Shown here piece by piece: positions 40,953 through 53,925 of a stretch of 64,000 bases of DNA (the stretch's first letter is position 1; each line of letters begins with the position of its first letter). This DNA comes from Paraspadella gotoi (lineage: Eukaryota; Animalia; Chaetognatha): the NCBI GenBank assembly GCA_051294375.1, contig CM119270.1:3898301-3962300 (forward strand), given 5' to 3'. Position numbers and translations under genes: made by a program. A model generated the notes under the pieces. That model was not told the origin of the DNA. It made no database searches and saw only the letters and a program-made list of their open reading frames with translations.

Positions 40953-41172
40953 TCAGGCGTTGCTCTTTCCTTCGACAGGCGTTGCTCTTTTTCTTGACAG
41001 GCGTTGCTCTTTTTCTTGACAGGCGTAGTTTTTTTGTTTTCTCTTCCGTTCGATAGCCGTTTCTCTTTTGTTCTGTAGTTATACTGTGAACGATTCTCTC
41101 CACAAGGTGATGCTCTTTCGTTCGACAGGCGTTGCTCTTTTGCTAAAAAGTCGTTCTTTCGTTCGACAGGCT
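40953..41172. repeat. ~22-bp degenerate minisatellite
   Basis: Unit GACAGGCGTTGCTCTTTTTCTT and variants. Confidence 0.75.
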
Positions 41173-41653
41173 TTTCGGGTTTGTTTGTGCACACTGCACA
41201 GTCACTCACTTTGTTTTCAAAGCAATCATATTTCTTGGAAGGCGATTGAATCAGTTTTTACAGAATATATTTTTAACCTTGACGCTTCATTTGACCTTTG
41301 ACCCGATTTTCCACTCCCGACGCAACTGATGCCTTTTCGCTTCGTGAAAAATTATCCCGTTTCTAGTTCCGTAAATTGAGTAATGATCAAGATATTGTTT
41401 GTAAGAAATTTGATTTAAAGATTTCACAAACGAATTCTTTTTCAGACTCAACAAAAGCGGGATTTTCTATCGTGATGTCGTCAAAGCAGATTAAAATAAA
41501 TTAAATTAAATTAAATTAAATTAAAAAGCTAGATATACTATTAACACACATAAAAGAGAAAAAGTCATTCTTAAGGGCAAGAGGAGGGCTTCCCAAGAAA
41601 TCGATCAAGAGCCCGTAATCTCTCGTTTAATAGATAAGACACTCGATCATTCG

Positions 41654-41711
<58 letters not shown>

Positions 41712-42545
41712 AATTTATTCAAGTGACAGAATATCAACAAAAAAAAGCGATAAAAAATTCGTGATTTGGAGAAAAAAGTGGTGACCTGCGAAATCTTTGT
41801 TCGGTCTTTGACAGTCGCATTCGTCTTATCTCTTCTTTGTATTCATAGAAGGCGGAATAGATTTCATCTCTTTGGCTGCGGTTGTCTTTTGTTTATATTT
41901 AGGGTTCCGTGACTCTAGATGTCGCAGTTGGCGCAACTCTGTTTTTATCCTTTAATTTGTAAATGTTTTCGATTGTTCTATTTCATAGTTCCCTTTTGAT
42001 GACTAATCAATCTTTAAAATATCATATACAGAAGGGTTCAGATTATAAAATAAGTTACACCTTTTTTGTATATGAAAAAAAACCGAGGCCAAATTTTTTG
42101 TTCATCACTTTTTGACATTTTGATAATTTATTCAGTTACTTTTGTTCGTTGTTTTTATTTCTTCGTATCTAAATTTCACCCATATTATTTTGAACGATAC
42201 TTTTAATAAGTTTAATAAGTTTAATCACTGAAGAAAAAGATTTTAAACTTAGTCTTTTGACTATGAAGATTCTTAGTTTTTCTCACTTTGTGTTTGACTT
42301 TTGTTTTTGTGATTGTCATTCTCTCTCTCTCTCTCTCTCTCTTAAAACAACTGTTAAAAAAGTAAATTTAGGCGAAGAACTCAGGATGAAATTGAGAGAG
42401 GGAGAGAGAGAGAAAGTAGAGTAATTACCCGAAGGAGAGAATAGAAAATAAACATAATTAACCAGGAAGCGAAGACCTATATTGTTTGAAAAAGTTTGGG
42501 AAAGTTAAAGAGAGAGAGAGAGGAGCTAGGGGATGAGAGCAGAGC

Positions 42546-42599
<54 letters not shown>

Positions 42600-42699
42600 G
42601 AGAGAGATGAGAGAGAGAGAGAGATGAGACCAGGATCTTGGGTGAATACAGAAGTAGAAAAGTTGCTTTGGTGGTTTAGGGCTAAATTCCCTCCCTCAT

Positions 42700-42737
<38 letters not shown>

Positions 42738-42751
42738 CTCTCTCTCTCTCC

Positions 42752-43018
42752 ATGGCTATACTCAGAGGCCTCGAAACAGGCGCGCCTCCGGAGCGCCGGC
42801 GCGGCCGGCCGAATAGGCTTCTCCCTGCTCTGACTTTTTGCGCTCGTTCATTCTTACTCCTCTTCCTCTTCCTTCTCCTTATCTCCGCCGGATCCGCGCC
42901 GCTGCAAGTCGAATCCGATCGTCAGCTGCATGCGGAGGACTTACTCTCCTTCTCTCTCTCTTACACTCGTCACCCCGCCGAGGCTCTTCTCTCTGCCTCC
43001 GAGCGGATCGATCATAAG
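42752..43018 (+). CDS. Candidate first coding exon of a secreted or membrane protein with signal peptide
   Basis: ccATGG start in a GC-rich island. 89 codons include RSFLLLFLFLLLISAGSA|PLQ (basic, hydrophobic, small-residue pattern). Ends at a possible phase-0 donor AAG|GTTCGC. Confidence 0.45.
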
Positions 43019-44718
43019 GTTCGCTAGCGATCCGGGAAGAGTCTCTTTTAAGAGCAATAGGCTTTTTGAAAGTATTACATTATTGTAACTCAACGAATAA
43101 TGTAGGGTCATTTTCACGATGTCAAAAAAAGAAAAGATAAAAAAAGAAGACAGAAAGAACGAGAGAGAGAAGAAAGAAAAAGAAGGGGAAAGAATTAAAA
43201 AATTTAGTCACATTTTTTTTAAGATATTAAGAATATTTGAGCTTAAAATAATAATTTAATAAAAAAGATATCATCTAACAATATGATATAAAATATGCTG
43301 AAAACAATGGGAAAATAATGATAATAAGATAAAAATGAATGCGAAAATGAGTGGATATATATTATTTGCATTTTTTGTTTACGCGAGGACAGTATGAAGA
43401 GTAAAGAGTAGAAAAATTTTAGAATCAAGTAGAATAAACATTCGAGCATGCAGCCTGTGAATATTTTTAAATAATTTTTTTTTATATTCAATAATTTTCC
43501 GCCATAGCCCATATTTTAAAACATTTAAAATGTCAAAAATTTTAAAATATTTTTTTCTGACTTTTACAAGCAGATTTAAATTTCCTCCATTAAGATTTAA
43601 ATTTAATTCAATTGACTAAATATCAATTTTCCAAAAAAAGTCTAAGCACAGTTTTTTATAGTGTTGTCTGTTTGTCTCAGAAAGCATCCCTTAGTGGCCG
43701 GTATGTGTTTTGAGAGGTCGCCTTAGGCTTTATCCCAGGAGTGTAGCAAAGTTGAAACAAAAGCATGCAAAACATTTGTCTGGAATCTAAGCTAACTACT
43801 AGCTAACTACTACTACTACTACCTTAATTAATTTTAATGCCAACCATTTAATAACTACTAGGGTCTAATAAATACAGTAATAATTTTTTCTTGTTTTGTA
43901 TTTCCTAGTAATTAAGGTGAGATAATCTCTGAGTACCTTTACCATAAGCTTAAATTTTGTGGCTCATTTTGCTAACCCATACATGATGGCAGTATGCTGA
44001 CATCAAATTTTACTGGCAATTTCTACAAAATGTCTTTAGTATTATTTCTCGGCCCCCCAATGCGGCTCTTTGAATTTGAAGCATGCAACTTATGAATTTC
44101 TTTACTTTTAATATTTCAGCAGAATTCACAATCAATTAAAACTTAGTTAATTTAAAAAAAAACAAGTATGCAAATTTAGCCTATTGTCAGCTCTAAACAA
44201 AGTGGTAATAGACTTCATAATTGTTTTTATTCCTTAGTTACGTTTTGAACTTCTGAAATTAAATAAAAGAAGGTTCTTTTTTAACAAATGGCTCAGAATA
44301 ATTTTTGCTTTTTTTGGAAACATTTTGTTTTGCCTTAGATTTAGAATATAGATTGTTAGGTATTTGGAGTTCGCTTGGGATGTATATTTGTTTTTTCTTG
44401 TGTTGGTGATTTCAAGGCACTGGTGATTATTCAAGCAAGCCTTATTTGTTCCTCAAATTCATTATCGTCTTTTCCGCCTGATAGAGAAAAAAAATCGTTA
44501 AAAATACTTGAATACTGCTAATCCCCTAAAAGAGAATGTCCCGTTATTGCAAGTTAGTATGGTTTTTTTCTCAAAATTAGTTATCTTAAACAAAAATTAA
44601 TTCAAGTTTAATATATAAATTTGAATGAGAAATGTAAAGAGGAGGGAACAATGAAAAATATCCATTAAAAGAAAAACAAAATACGAAAGAGAGAGAGACG
44701 GCAAAGAGCAAGAAGAGA

Positions 44719-44756
<38 letters not shown>

Positions 44757-45245
44757 AGAGATGATATCCGGCCCGTCCGCCTCGGACTTCGCCGGCAAGA
44801 AGCCGGACTCACCAATCGAGAGGAGAAAATCTCCCCGATCCGAGTCGAAGAAGCCCGGAAGGAGAAGTGAGTCGTCGGCAAGCCGCGCGGCCGCCGGCTC
44901 CGGTCTATCGGCTGCCGTCGGAGAGCTGAGTATATGACTTCCTCTCTCTCTCTCTCTCTCTCATCTCGTCGTCTCTCTCTCTCTCTTAGTTCTAATCTAA
45001 TTCTTTGGATAGGGTCCCCCGGTTTCTTCTCTAAGGTCAAACTCGAGTCTTTTGAGGACGAACACATCGTCGAAACTACAACCACAACTAGAACATAAAC
45101 AAATAGAAAAACAACTAGAACAAGGAAATCAACTAAAACAACCATAAAAACAACAAGAACAACGACAATTATAGTAACAATACGGATGAGGTGCAAATGA
45201 GCAAGCAAAGAAGAAGCAATGTGATTGGAGTGGGAGAGAGGGAGA

Positions 45246-45346
<101 letters not shown>

Positions 45347-45889
45347 CGATCTCGGTTTCCAGGATTTTATCTTCAAGTCTTCGATGCCGAGAGAGAAAGA
45401 ATGAGAGTGAGAGAGAGAGAGAGAGAGACAGAGAGAGAGCAATTATCGTAAATTGAAAAATGAAGAACAAGAAAAATAAAAGTCTGTTCGGTAATTTTCT
45501 TCGAATTGAAAATAAATCCTGAATCTTTTTTCTTGCTTTTTTAACTTTTTTTTTCAAACAACGTAAAATCAGAACGTCTTGGTTTGGAAAGGCAAAGGAC
45601 TGGAATTAGAAGGTTAATACTTTAAAAAATACTCAAATGTCTTATAAATTATATTTATCTGGTAACGAGCCATGCCTAATTTTTTTAAAAATAATGCTTT
45701 TATCCATCAATCCATTAATGCAATAATGCGTCCATCCGTGTATTCATTCATTCATTCATTCATTCATTCATTCATTCATTCATTCATTTATTTATTCACT
45801 CATTCATTCATTCGCTTTCTCTTCCATTCACATTCTCCACGAATTCGCGTCCAGATGAACGATTATGTAAACGAGATTTTTCGCTCGAC

Positions 45890-46530
45890 GACGACGTCGA
45901 CGGAATTCTGACGACGCCATGAAAGATGATGACGATGACGACGACGATGACGCCGACGGAATTCTGACGACGCCACGAAAGATGATGACGACGACGACGA
46001 CGTCGACGGAATTCTGACGATGCCACAAAAGATGATGACGACGATGATGACGGCAGAATTCTGACAACGCCACAAAAGTTGATGACGACGACGACGACGT
46101 GACGGGACAATTCTGACGACAGCCACTAAAGATGATGCGACGATGACTGACGAGTCGCGCCGACGGAATCTGACGACGCACGAAAAAGATGATGACGGAC
46201 GACGACGAACGACGTCGACGCCGACGGAATCTGACGACGCCACGAAAGATGATGACGACGACGACGACGATCGAACGCCGACGGAATTCTGACGACAAAT
46301 CACGAAAAGATGATGATGACGACGAATGGCAGAAATTCTGACGACGGCCAACAAAGATGATGAGACGACGACAACGAACAACCGACGTTGAATGGAATTC
46401 TGACAAACGTCATGAAAGATGATGATGACGACGAACGACGAACGGCAGAAATTCTGACGAACGCCACGAAAGATGATGACGACGACGACGACGATGAATA
46501 CGAAGATGATGACGACGCCACAATAGATGA
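45890..46530. repeat. Composite minisatellite: about 11-12 copies of a ~30-bp core separated by variable (GAC/GAT)n
   Basis: Core CGACGGAATTCTGACGACGCCACGAAAGATG recurs every 47-63 bp or so. Confidence 0.9.
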
Positions 46531-47053
46531 TGATGACGACGATGAAGACGACGCCACAAGAGACGATAACGACGGTGAGGAAAATAACGACGATGACGAC
46601 GACGACGACAACAACAACAACTAAGACGAATATTACGACGAGGAAGCTCTAACTTTTGGTTAAACGATGACGATAAATAAATAAATAAATATATATTGTG
46701 TAGTAAACTAACAACGACGACGACGACAAAGGGAACAACGAATGACAACGAGAATAAAAATTACAGAAAAAGACGACGACGACGACGATAACGACGACAG
46801 CGACGTATCGAAGTGCGGGGTCAGAGGTGAGGCGAGGATCGATTCGTTCAACGCCGCATCGACGAACGAGACCGACGGGTTTGGGAGGTGGGGGCGGCTT
46901 GGTAGTTGGTGGGTTCAGGTGGAAGGTGGATGGGTGGGAATTGGGTCTAGTTTAAGGGAGCCTGGCCAGGCGTGAGGCTGAGGCTAAGAATTGGCGGTGA
47001 GGGCGCTTTAATCGAGGGAGAAGAATGATCGATCAAATGAACAATAAGCAAAG

Positions 47054-47200
47054 TAGGAAAGGAGGAAAGGAGGAAAGGAAGAAAGGAGGAAAGGAGGAAA
47101 GGAAGAAAGGAGGAAAGGAAGAAAGGAGGAAAGGAGGAAAGGAAGAAAGGAGGAAAGGAAGAAAGGAGGAAAGGAAGAAAGGAGGAAAGGAGGAAAGGAA
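47054..47200. repeat. Purine-only (AGGAGGAAAGGA…)n minisatellite
   Basis: 12/24-bp periodic A/G tract. Confidence 0.85.
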
Positions 47201-47229
47201 AAGAGCGGGAAGTAGAAAAGAGGGATCAA

Positions 47230-47520
47230 TGGCGCTATTTTCCCGAAGCGCCCCGTTTTTGTTCTTAATCTCTGAACTTTGTTTTAACCCAAATATCTAA
47301 TCCAAAAAAAACAAACTTAACCTTAATTCTAAACCCGAGTCCCAAACCCAAATTACTTTACTGTAAGTCCGTAACCAATACTCTAATCTTCAATCCTTAA
47401 TCCTTAATCCTTAACCCGAAAATTTAATCTTTTTCCTTAATCCGAAAAACTAATCTTTAACCAAATATGTTGTCAAATATCTTACCTAACCCCTTTCCCC
47501 AAACCTTTACTAAACCTAAG
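47230..47520. mobile_element. MITE family A copy abutting the HINE-like copy
   Basis: TGGCGCTATTTTCCCGAAGCGCCCCGTTT followed by CCTTAA/CCTAAC/CCCAAA hexamer-like runs. Confidence 0.45.
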
Positions 47521-47541
47521 AAGAATAAAAAGATTGAAAAG

Positions 47542-47977
47542 AAGATTGGTCCATCCAATGTGTTTCGCCGCAGTGACTTTCTTTTCACGTTTATTTCCCT
47601 GTGATCACATGACTACATGACTATGAAATTTATGTATAACAAACGTCTTTATTAGCTCGTGTATTTATGGCACGCACCGCATCGGAATTCCGTCTTTTAT
47701 CCTTTATAGTTTTAGGATTTCCTGAAGGCGGCGCTAGCAGTAACTTAAATTTGAGGTTTTTTCCTGTTTTAACAAATGAGCAACTCAACTTATAGGCATT
47801 TTTTAACGTAAGCGGGCAGACCGACAGACAGACATAGCCTGACCGGACGCGACCGACGCGAACCGGACCGAACCGACCGACGACCGAACCCAGACCGGAC
47901 TCGGAGCCGACGCGACTGGCGATCCGACCGAAAAGTTACTTATAGAGTTGCTGCGCGACTACTCTCGACCTCAACTA
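47542..47977 (-). mobile_element. HINE-like element copy with expanded (GACC)n-type microsatellite
   Basis: Colinear with 4990-5362. The terminal hairpin is degenerate (TATAGAGTTGCTGCGCGACTACTCTCGACCTCAACTA). Confidence 0.7.
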
Positions 47978-48433
47978 AAAATATTCCAGAAAAGGTAAAT
48001 ATTTCTAAACAAATTAAATTACTGATCGGAGTTGAGAGTAATATGAATCTAGTTAAATTGGAGAGATTAGTTAGTTAATTACAGTTTAACAATGAAGCGT
48101 GTGAATTTGTGTGAAATGGCATTGAATAGTGAAAAGAGAATAATTAAGAAGAGAAAACGGAAAACCAATATGTGAGGCAGAGGGGGTTTGGTGAGCTGAG
48201 TGAATTTATTGATCGGTGTGAACCAAGGGGTGACAAAAGGATTCGTGGAAATGGTGGGGGAGGTGGGGAAACAGGCAAGTTCGGAATAGGGGATCAAGGG
48301 GAACAGGCTAAGGGGATAGGGGATCAGTTGGGGAACAGTTCGATTGGAGGAAAGTAGAAGCGAATGAATGAGCGACGCCATTAATTTGCCGAGAAAAACG
48401 TGAGCGAATGCGTGAGGGGAAAAAAGAAACGAT

Positions 48434-48486
<53 letters not shown>

Positions 48487-48738
48487 TCTTTCTCTCTCTC
48501 CTTCCATTATCAACAGCTGTAGTAGCCAACTAAATAACCCGGTAATTTGACATTACAGTCTCCAACTCCATCGGCTGCGGAGTGAGACTGAATTTCTCTT
48601 TCATAAAACGTTAATCCAGAAGAAAAATATAAATTTTTCCGCGAATAAAATCGAGAAATATTATCCTAAATGTGTCCTTTTAATTGATTTTATAGTATTT
48701 ACATTTCCGGAGAATTTTCTTTATCTTTCTTTTTTTTT

Positions 48739-48826
<88 letters not shown>

Positions 48827-50295
48827 TTTCAGCGAGAATTCTCCTTCCCTATTTTGCCGAGAAAAAAATATTTATGAATATAACTTGCATGAATTAACTT
48901 TTTTCTTTCTTTCTTTTTCTTTTTTTCCCCTTCAATTTCGTTTTTCTCTTTTTATTTTTATGTTAATCGATTCTCAGCGGAGAAGACAACGAAGACGACC
49001 GCTCGTGGGAAAATGAATAAAACAAAAAACAAAACAAAAGATCGAAAAATAAAACAAGAAATGTTTTCGAACGACGACGGATATTGAATCAAAATCAAAA
49101 CAAAACGAAAAGAAAAAAATAATAAAACAAATTCGAGAAAAGCTTTTAATTAATTACTTCTTTCTTTTTTAAATAAGAGGACGGTGTGGAAAAACTGGAC
49201 CGAACTTCTTTTGAAATCTCTCCTTTTCTTTAGGGACGTTTATCGAGAGCGCTTATTGTCAATTAGCTTTATGGTAGCAGTAGCCGACCAAATTCAAATT
49301 TTAATGGGAACAGCATTAAACTAATCCATTATTGGTATTAATTATTGTGTTAAAATATTTTTTTGCAAAAATGTTCCGAACCATGAGTAATTCGCTAATT
49401 AATATTATTATATCGCTATATAATGTCAAAAATTTTTTTTGGATATTTTAAGTTTTTTTAATTGATTCTAATAGAGCTTAAAAAGTTAAGCAAAAAATAT
49501 AATTACAACTTTTTAAAATTTTGATGTTTTATTACTAAAAATTAGTAAAAACTGCTAAAATCATCGGATGATGATGATGATGCTGATTTTTTAAGGTTTT
49601 TCTCAATTTTAACCCACTTATCATCAAAATATTGAAAAAATAATTATACTTTGTGTAGATAACTTTTCATAAGCTATTTGAATCTGCTTTTAAAAATAAA
49701 AAATTCCAAAAAATTTTTTTGACATTTCCTATCTATAAATAAATATTAAAAAATTAATTACTAATGCTTCTTGCCATTTTAGAAAATTTTGCTCCATTGA
49801 AAGTTTTCTCAGAAATGTATGAAGTTTCATTTGGAAAGGTTTCCAAATCAAACTTCTGACCCACCCCATTGACGAAGTTTGGCTCTATTTATGGTAATGG
49901 AAATTTGTTCTTTAAACATTTTTTCGCACTCATGCCAATTTTTAACGATAAAAATTTGATTTTTACTACTCTTTACTACCAAAAGATCGGGCGAACCCTG
50001 TAATGATGAATTATCGCTACCAATCTCTCTTTAAAGTTTCAAATAAAAGTACAATTAATTAGAAAGAAATATCAAGCTCGGTTTTTTTTACGTCAATATA
50101 AAGAATAAAAATTGGACAATCCAGTTATTCTACTGGCAAGCATAACTGCAAGCAAATGGCAATCACTGTAGCAATCCTCGCCAATAATCCGCCCACGTTC
50201 CTTGACGTCTCATCTTTGTCACAATTTTTTTTTGGGGGGGGAATGAAAAACTGAAGAGATTTGAAGAAATCGGGAAAAAAATTTGGTGAAAAATT

Positions 50296-50355
<60 letters not shown>

Positions 50356-50478
50356 AAAGGAAAAAATGAAAGAGAGGATGAGGTTGTAAAATGAGAAAAA
50401 AATTTGATGGATGCGGAAGAGGGATGAAGGAATTATAGAAAAAGAGTATTGCGTAGAGAGAGAGAGAGAGCGAGAGAG

Positions 50479-50521
<43 letters not shown>

Positions 50522-50548
50522 AGAGGTAGAGAAAGGAAGAAAGAGGAG

Positions 50549-50588
<40 letters not shown>

Positions 50589-51386
50589 CTCTAAGGACTC
50601 GGAGGTTAAATGTCGAGAGATCGAAACCGTTGACTAGGCGGATATCTGTTGTGACGAATTGTCGCACTGGATGATAAATGCATGGTATATTGGCGTTGTA
50701 GTCCATAGAAAAAAAATTAAGTCAAATAATAAACTTTTGAAAAAGTAAAAGGAAAAAACATGTGTAAAAAAGATACTCAAAACATGAAAAAAAGATAACC
50801 AAAGTATGAGGAAAACTAGACTCAAAATATGAAAAAAAGAGACCCAAAATGCGAAGGAAAAGAGACCTTAAGAAGAAAACGTCTCATTCCTATTTTTTTC
50901 TTGTTGTTTCTCTTTCTCCTTTCATCTTCTTTCAATTCTCCTCAATTTCTCTTTCACTTTTCACTTCAATTTTTTTCCCCGTGACATTTTTTCACATTTG
51001 TCTCCCTCCGACAGAGGCTGATGGCATTGCGAGGATTCAAACGGATGAAAATGACGTCGGCTTTGACAGTAGCGTGGACGTTATCTCTCTCTGAAATGGA
51101 GCCAGCGTTTCGCTCTCGTAATCGCTCTTAAATGCGAATTCCTTGTGGCTGCGACGCGGAGTAAGGCTTGATATGTATTCCACGAGTGTGAATATTTGAA
51201 ATGTGAAGTCACGTTGAAACTTGATGAAAATGGGTAAGGTTACAAGGGAGTGGTCCTTTCATAATTCATACAATTAAAACATTCTTTGAAACATTATACC
51301 ACTTTATTGACAGGGAAGCCAGACACTCTGGAAAGTAATAGATTAGACTGTGTTTTGATTGAAAAAATGCCGGGTCGGGTCATGCA

Positions 51387-51645
51387 ATGAAATTGGTACA
51401 ACCAATATAAAAATTATCCATTCATTTAATGAATAAGCTATCTTGCCCCAGACTTTGGACAGGCTTTGGTGGTTAAAGGCCTCCAATATTCTTACAAGAT
51501 AATGACCTGTTAAATATCTTGTTAGTGTGATGGAGCTCGAACTTACCATAGTCCGTCCATAGCCTGTCCAATTTCCCATAGTCGGGGCAAAATAGTTTGA
51601 TAATTAAAAGAAGGAATAATTTTTGTATTGGTTTACGAATTTCAT
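51387..51645. mobile_element. MITE family B: about 260 bp with imperfect TIRs of 85-90 bp
   Basis: ATGAAATTGGTACAACCAATATAAAAATTAT...AAGCTATCTTGCCCCAGACTTTGGACAGGCTTTGG is mirrored by CCATAGCCTGTCCA...AGTCGGGGCAAAATAGTT...ATAATTTTTGTATTGGTTTACGAATTTCAT. Confidence 0.65.
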
Positions 51646-51852
51646 AGGAGAATTGGGGCGATTTTACAGCAATGTAATGCAAGTGTGATACTCGTGTGTA
51701 TCTTTGACAATCGTAAGAGGGTTTTTTTTTCGTTTTAATGAGGTGTTTTTAGTCATATTAAATCTAATTCATACTAACATATATGAGACATTATATCCCA
51801 TTCGACGAGCAGAAGCCAGAGAGAGTATTGGGTGTCAAAGGCAGAAGAATCT

Positions 51853-51904
<52 letters not shown>

Positions 51905-52173
51905 ATGAATCAGTTGAGTCGAAACCTCGAGGCGATGGGGAAGATGAACAATGACAATTACAACAACAACGAAAAAAGGACGACGACGACAACAACAGAA
52001 AAACTGCGAAATATCAATGACGTATATTTAGATATAATTTTTTTTATAATATTAATCGGAAATGTTTGCGTCCACTCAAAAGGCCACTTTAAAAAAATAT
52101 ACTTCCTTTTTTCTTTTTTTTTTTTTCGACTTTGACGTTTACGGTTATCGCTTCGAGACGCGTAAGAGAGAAG

Positions 52174-52226
<53 letters not shown>

Positions 52227-52314
52227 AATAAATAAATCTTAATAAATGTAAATCTCAGCTGACATTTGCAAGTTCGAGGACGTTGAGGGCAAGGCCGGTG
52301 GGAAGGGAGACGAA

Positions 52315-52360
<46 letters not shown>

Positions 52361-52384
52361 TTTACGAGACTCAGAGAGACGATC

Positions 52385-52401
52385 ACGGAAGTGGGCGTGG
52401 C
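52385..52401 (+). promoter_or_regulatory. Overlapping ETS and KLF/SP motifs
   Basis: ACGGAAGTG overlaps GGGCGTGGC in a unique island of about 85 bp between two (GAC)n tracts. Confidence 0.3.
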
Positions 52402-52444
52402 GAAGCGTCGAGGTCAGAAAAAACCGGAGGTAAAAACTAGCGAA

Positions 52445-52488
<44 letters not shown>

Positions 52489-53354
52489 AACGATGACGGA
52501 AACTTCAAAGAAAAATCCACTTTCTTAATTTGTTCAATTTTGTATTTAAACTAACTGAGATTTTACATTAATTCTTAATTCATTCTTGACTTCTACTTCC
52601 TCTTTTGACGCGTTTGTGACGCAGTTTCAACTTTTTTCAGTGACGCCAATGTTTTTGTTTCATCATCGACCGTTTAAAACTCTTAGAAAACATTGCGATG
52701 TTTTAAATCTTAACAATAATAATAATATTAACACTTTTTTTGCAATTATTTTAGGTTTTTCTTCATTTGGTTTGTTCAATAATTTATCTTTCACATTTTT
52801 GTTATTATTTTTTTTCGTCAAAATTGATTTTTCGATTTACTTTTTTTCCCTCATTTTTTTCCTTTTGATGATTTTTATGATTATACATCTTTTCAACTTT
52901 TTTGCTTCTGAAGGTAAAAATTATGATATCCTATTTTACTAAAGAATAAATTACCATTACTTAAATGTTACAATGAAACAGAAAACATTTTAAGTACCTG
53001 CTCATCAAAATGGCATCCGATTATCACTAATTAAAAATCTTGAACGGACTGTAACAATTATTCAATGAACGATTATATTTAGAATCGCTCGTTAAAGAGA
53101 GACGGTGTATCTGCGATTGCCAGACAATTGTAGACAAAGAGGCTGCCAGTCATCAACTTCAGCAAAAATCAAGAAGAGAGTCATCTTGAGAAAGAACTCA
53201 GGGAAAAGAAGAAAAAAAAGTCGATGAGGACGAAAGAAATCAAGATATCGAAAAATGTGGCAATCAAAAGAGTCAAGCAAAAGAGGCAAGCAAATGTGGC
53301 AATCAAGGAGAATTTGAAGGAGAAACTAGCGATAAAGTCAATCAAGATGATGAA

Positions 53355-53386
<32 letters not shown>

Positions 53387-53807
53387 TAATTAAGAGAGCA
53401 AATCGATAAGGAATAAGGAATATAAAATAAATATAAAATAACTGACAACGGCCTGACTAAGAGCGTTTCGTATTTCTTGCATTTGATTTTTCGATGAATT
53501 TCATGAGGAGAAAAAAAATATGTATTCTTTTTAAAACAAAAGGTTGACAAAAAATCAACAGAAGAAAATAAAGAAAAAACAAAATGGCGACGACGACGAT
53601 TTTGACGTCAGTGACGAATCGACGATAAAGACGACGACGTCGGCGACGCGTCTTGCGTCGATCACTCCCTCTATCGGACATCCTAGATTAGGGTTGACCT
53701 TGACATAAAAATCTTCGCCTCGACCAATCGAGAAAAGTCGTGAGATGCAAGTCAAAATATGGAGGGAGGGAAAGAGGAGGAGACTGAGAAGCGTGGGGGG
53801 CGAGGCA

Positions 53808-53925
53808 GAAGGGAGGAAAGGAAAAGAGAAGGGAGGAAAGGAAAAGAGAAGGGAGGAAAGGAAATGAGAAGGGAGGAAAGGAAAAGATAAGGGAGGAAAG
53901 GAAATGAGAAGGGAGGAAAGGAGAG
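53808..53925. repeat. 20-bp purine-rich minisatellite
   Basis: Unit GAAGGGAGGAAAGGAAAAGA, about 6 copies. Confidence 0.85.

Noticed and set aside
45890-46530. CRISPR-like repeat/spacer appearance
   Set aside because: The spacers are simple triplet repeats, the cores are degenerate, there are no cas genes, and the context is eukaryotic.
49268-49985. Possible AT-rich DNA transposon remnant with weak terminal similarity (GGTAG…TCAAATTTT)
   Set aside because: The TIR match is too weak in AT-rich sequence, and there is no coding remnant or second copy in the window.
51014-51160. Possible plus-strand exon (acceptor ...CCGACAG, donor-like GTAAGG)
   Set aside because: All three frames stop before the donor and no peptide is recognisable. 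It could be a terminal or UTR exon but is unsupported.
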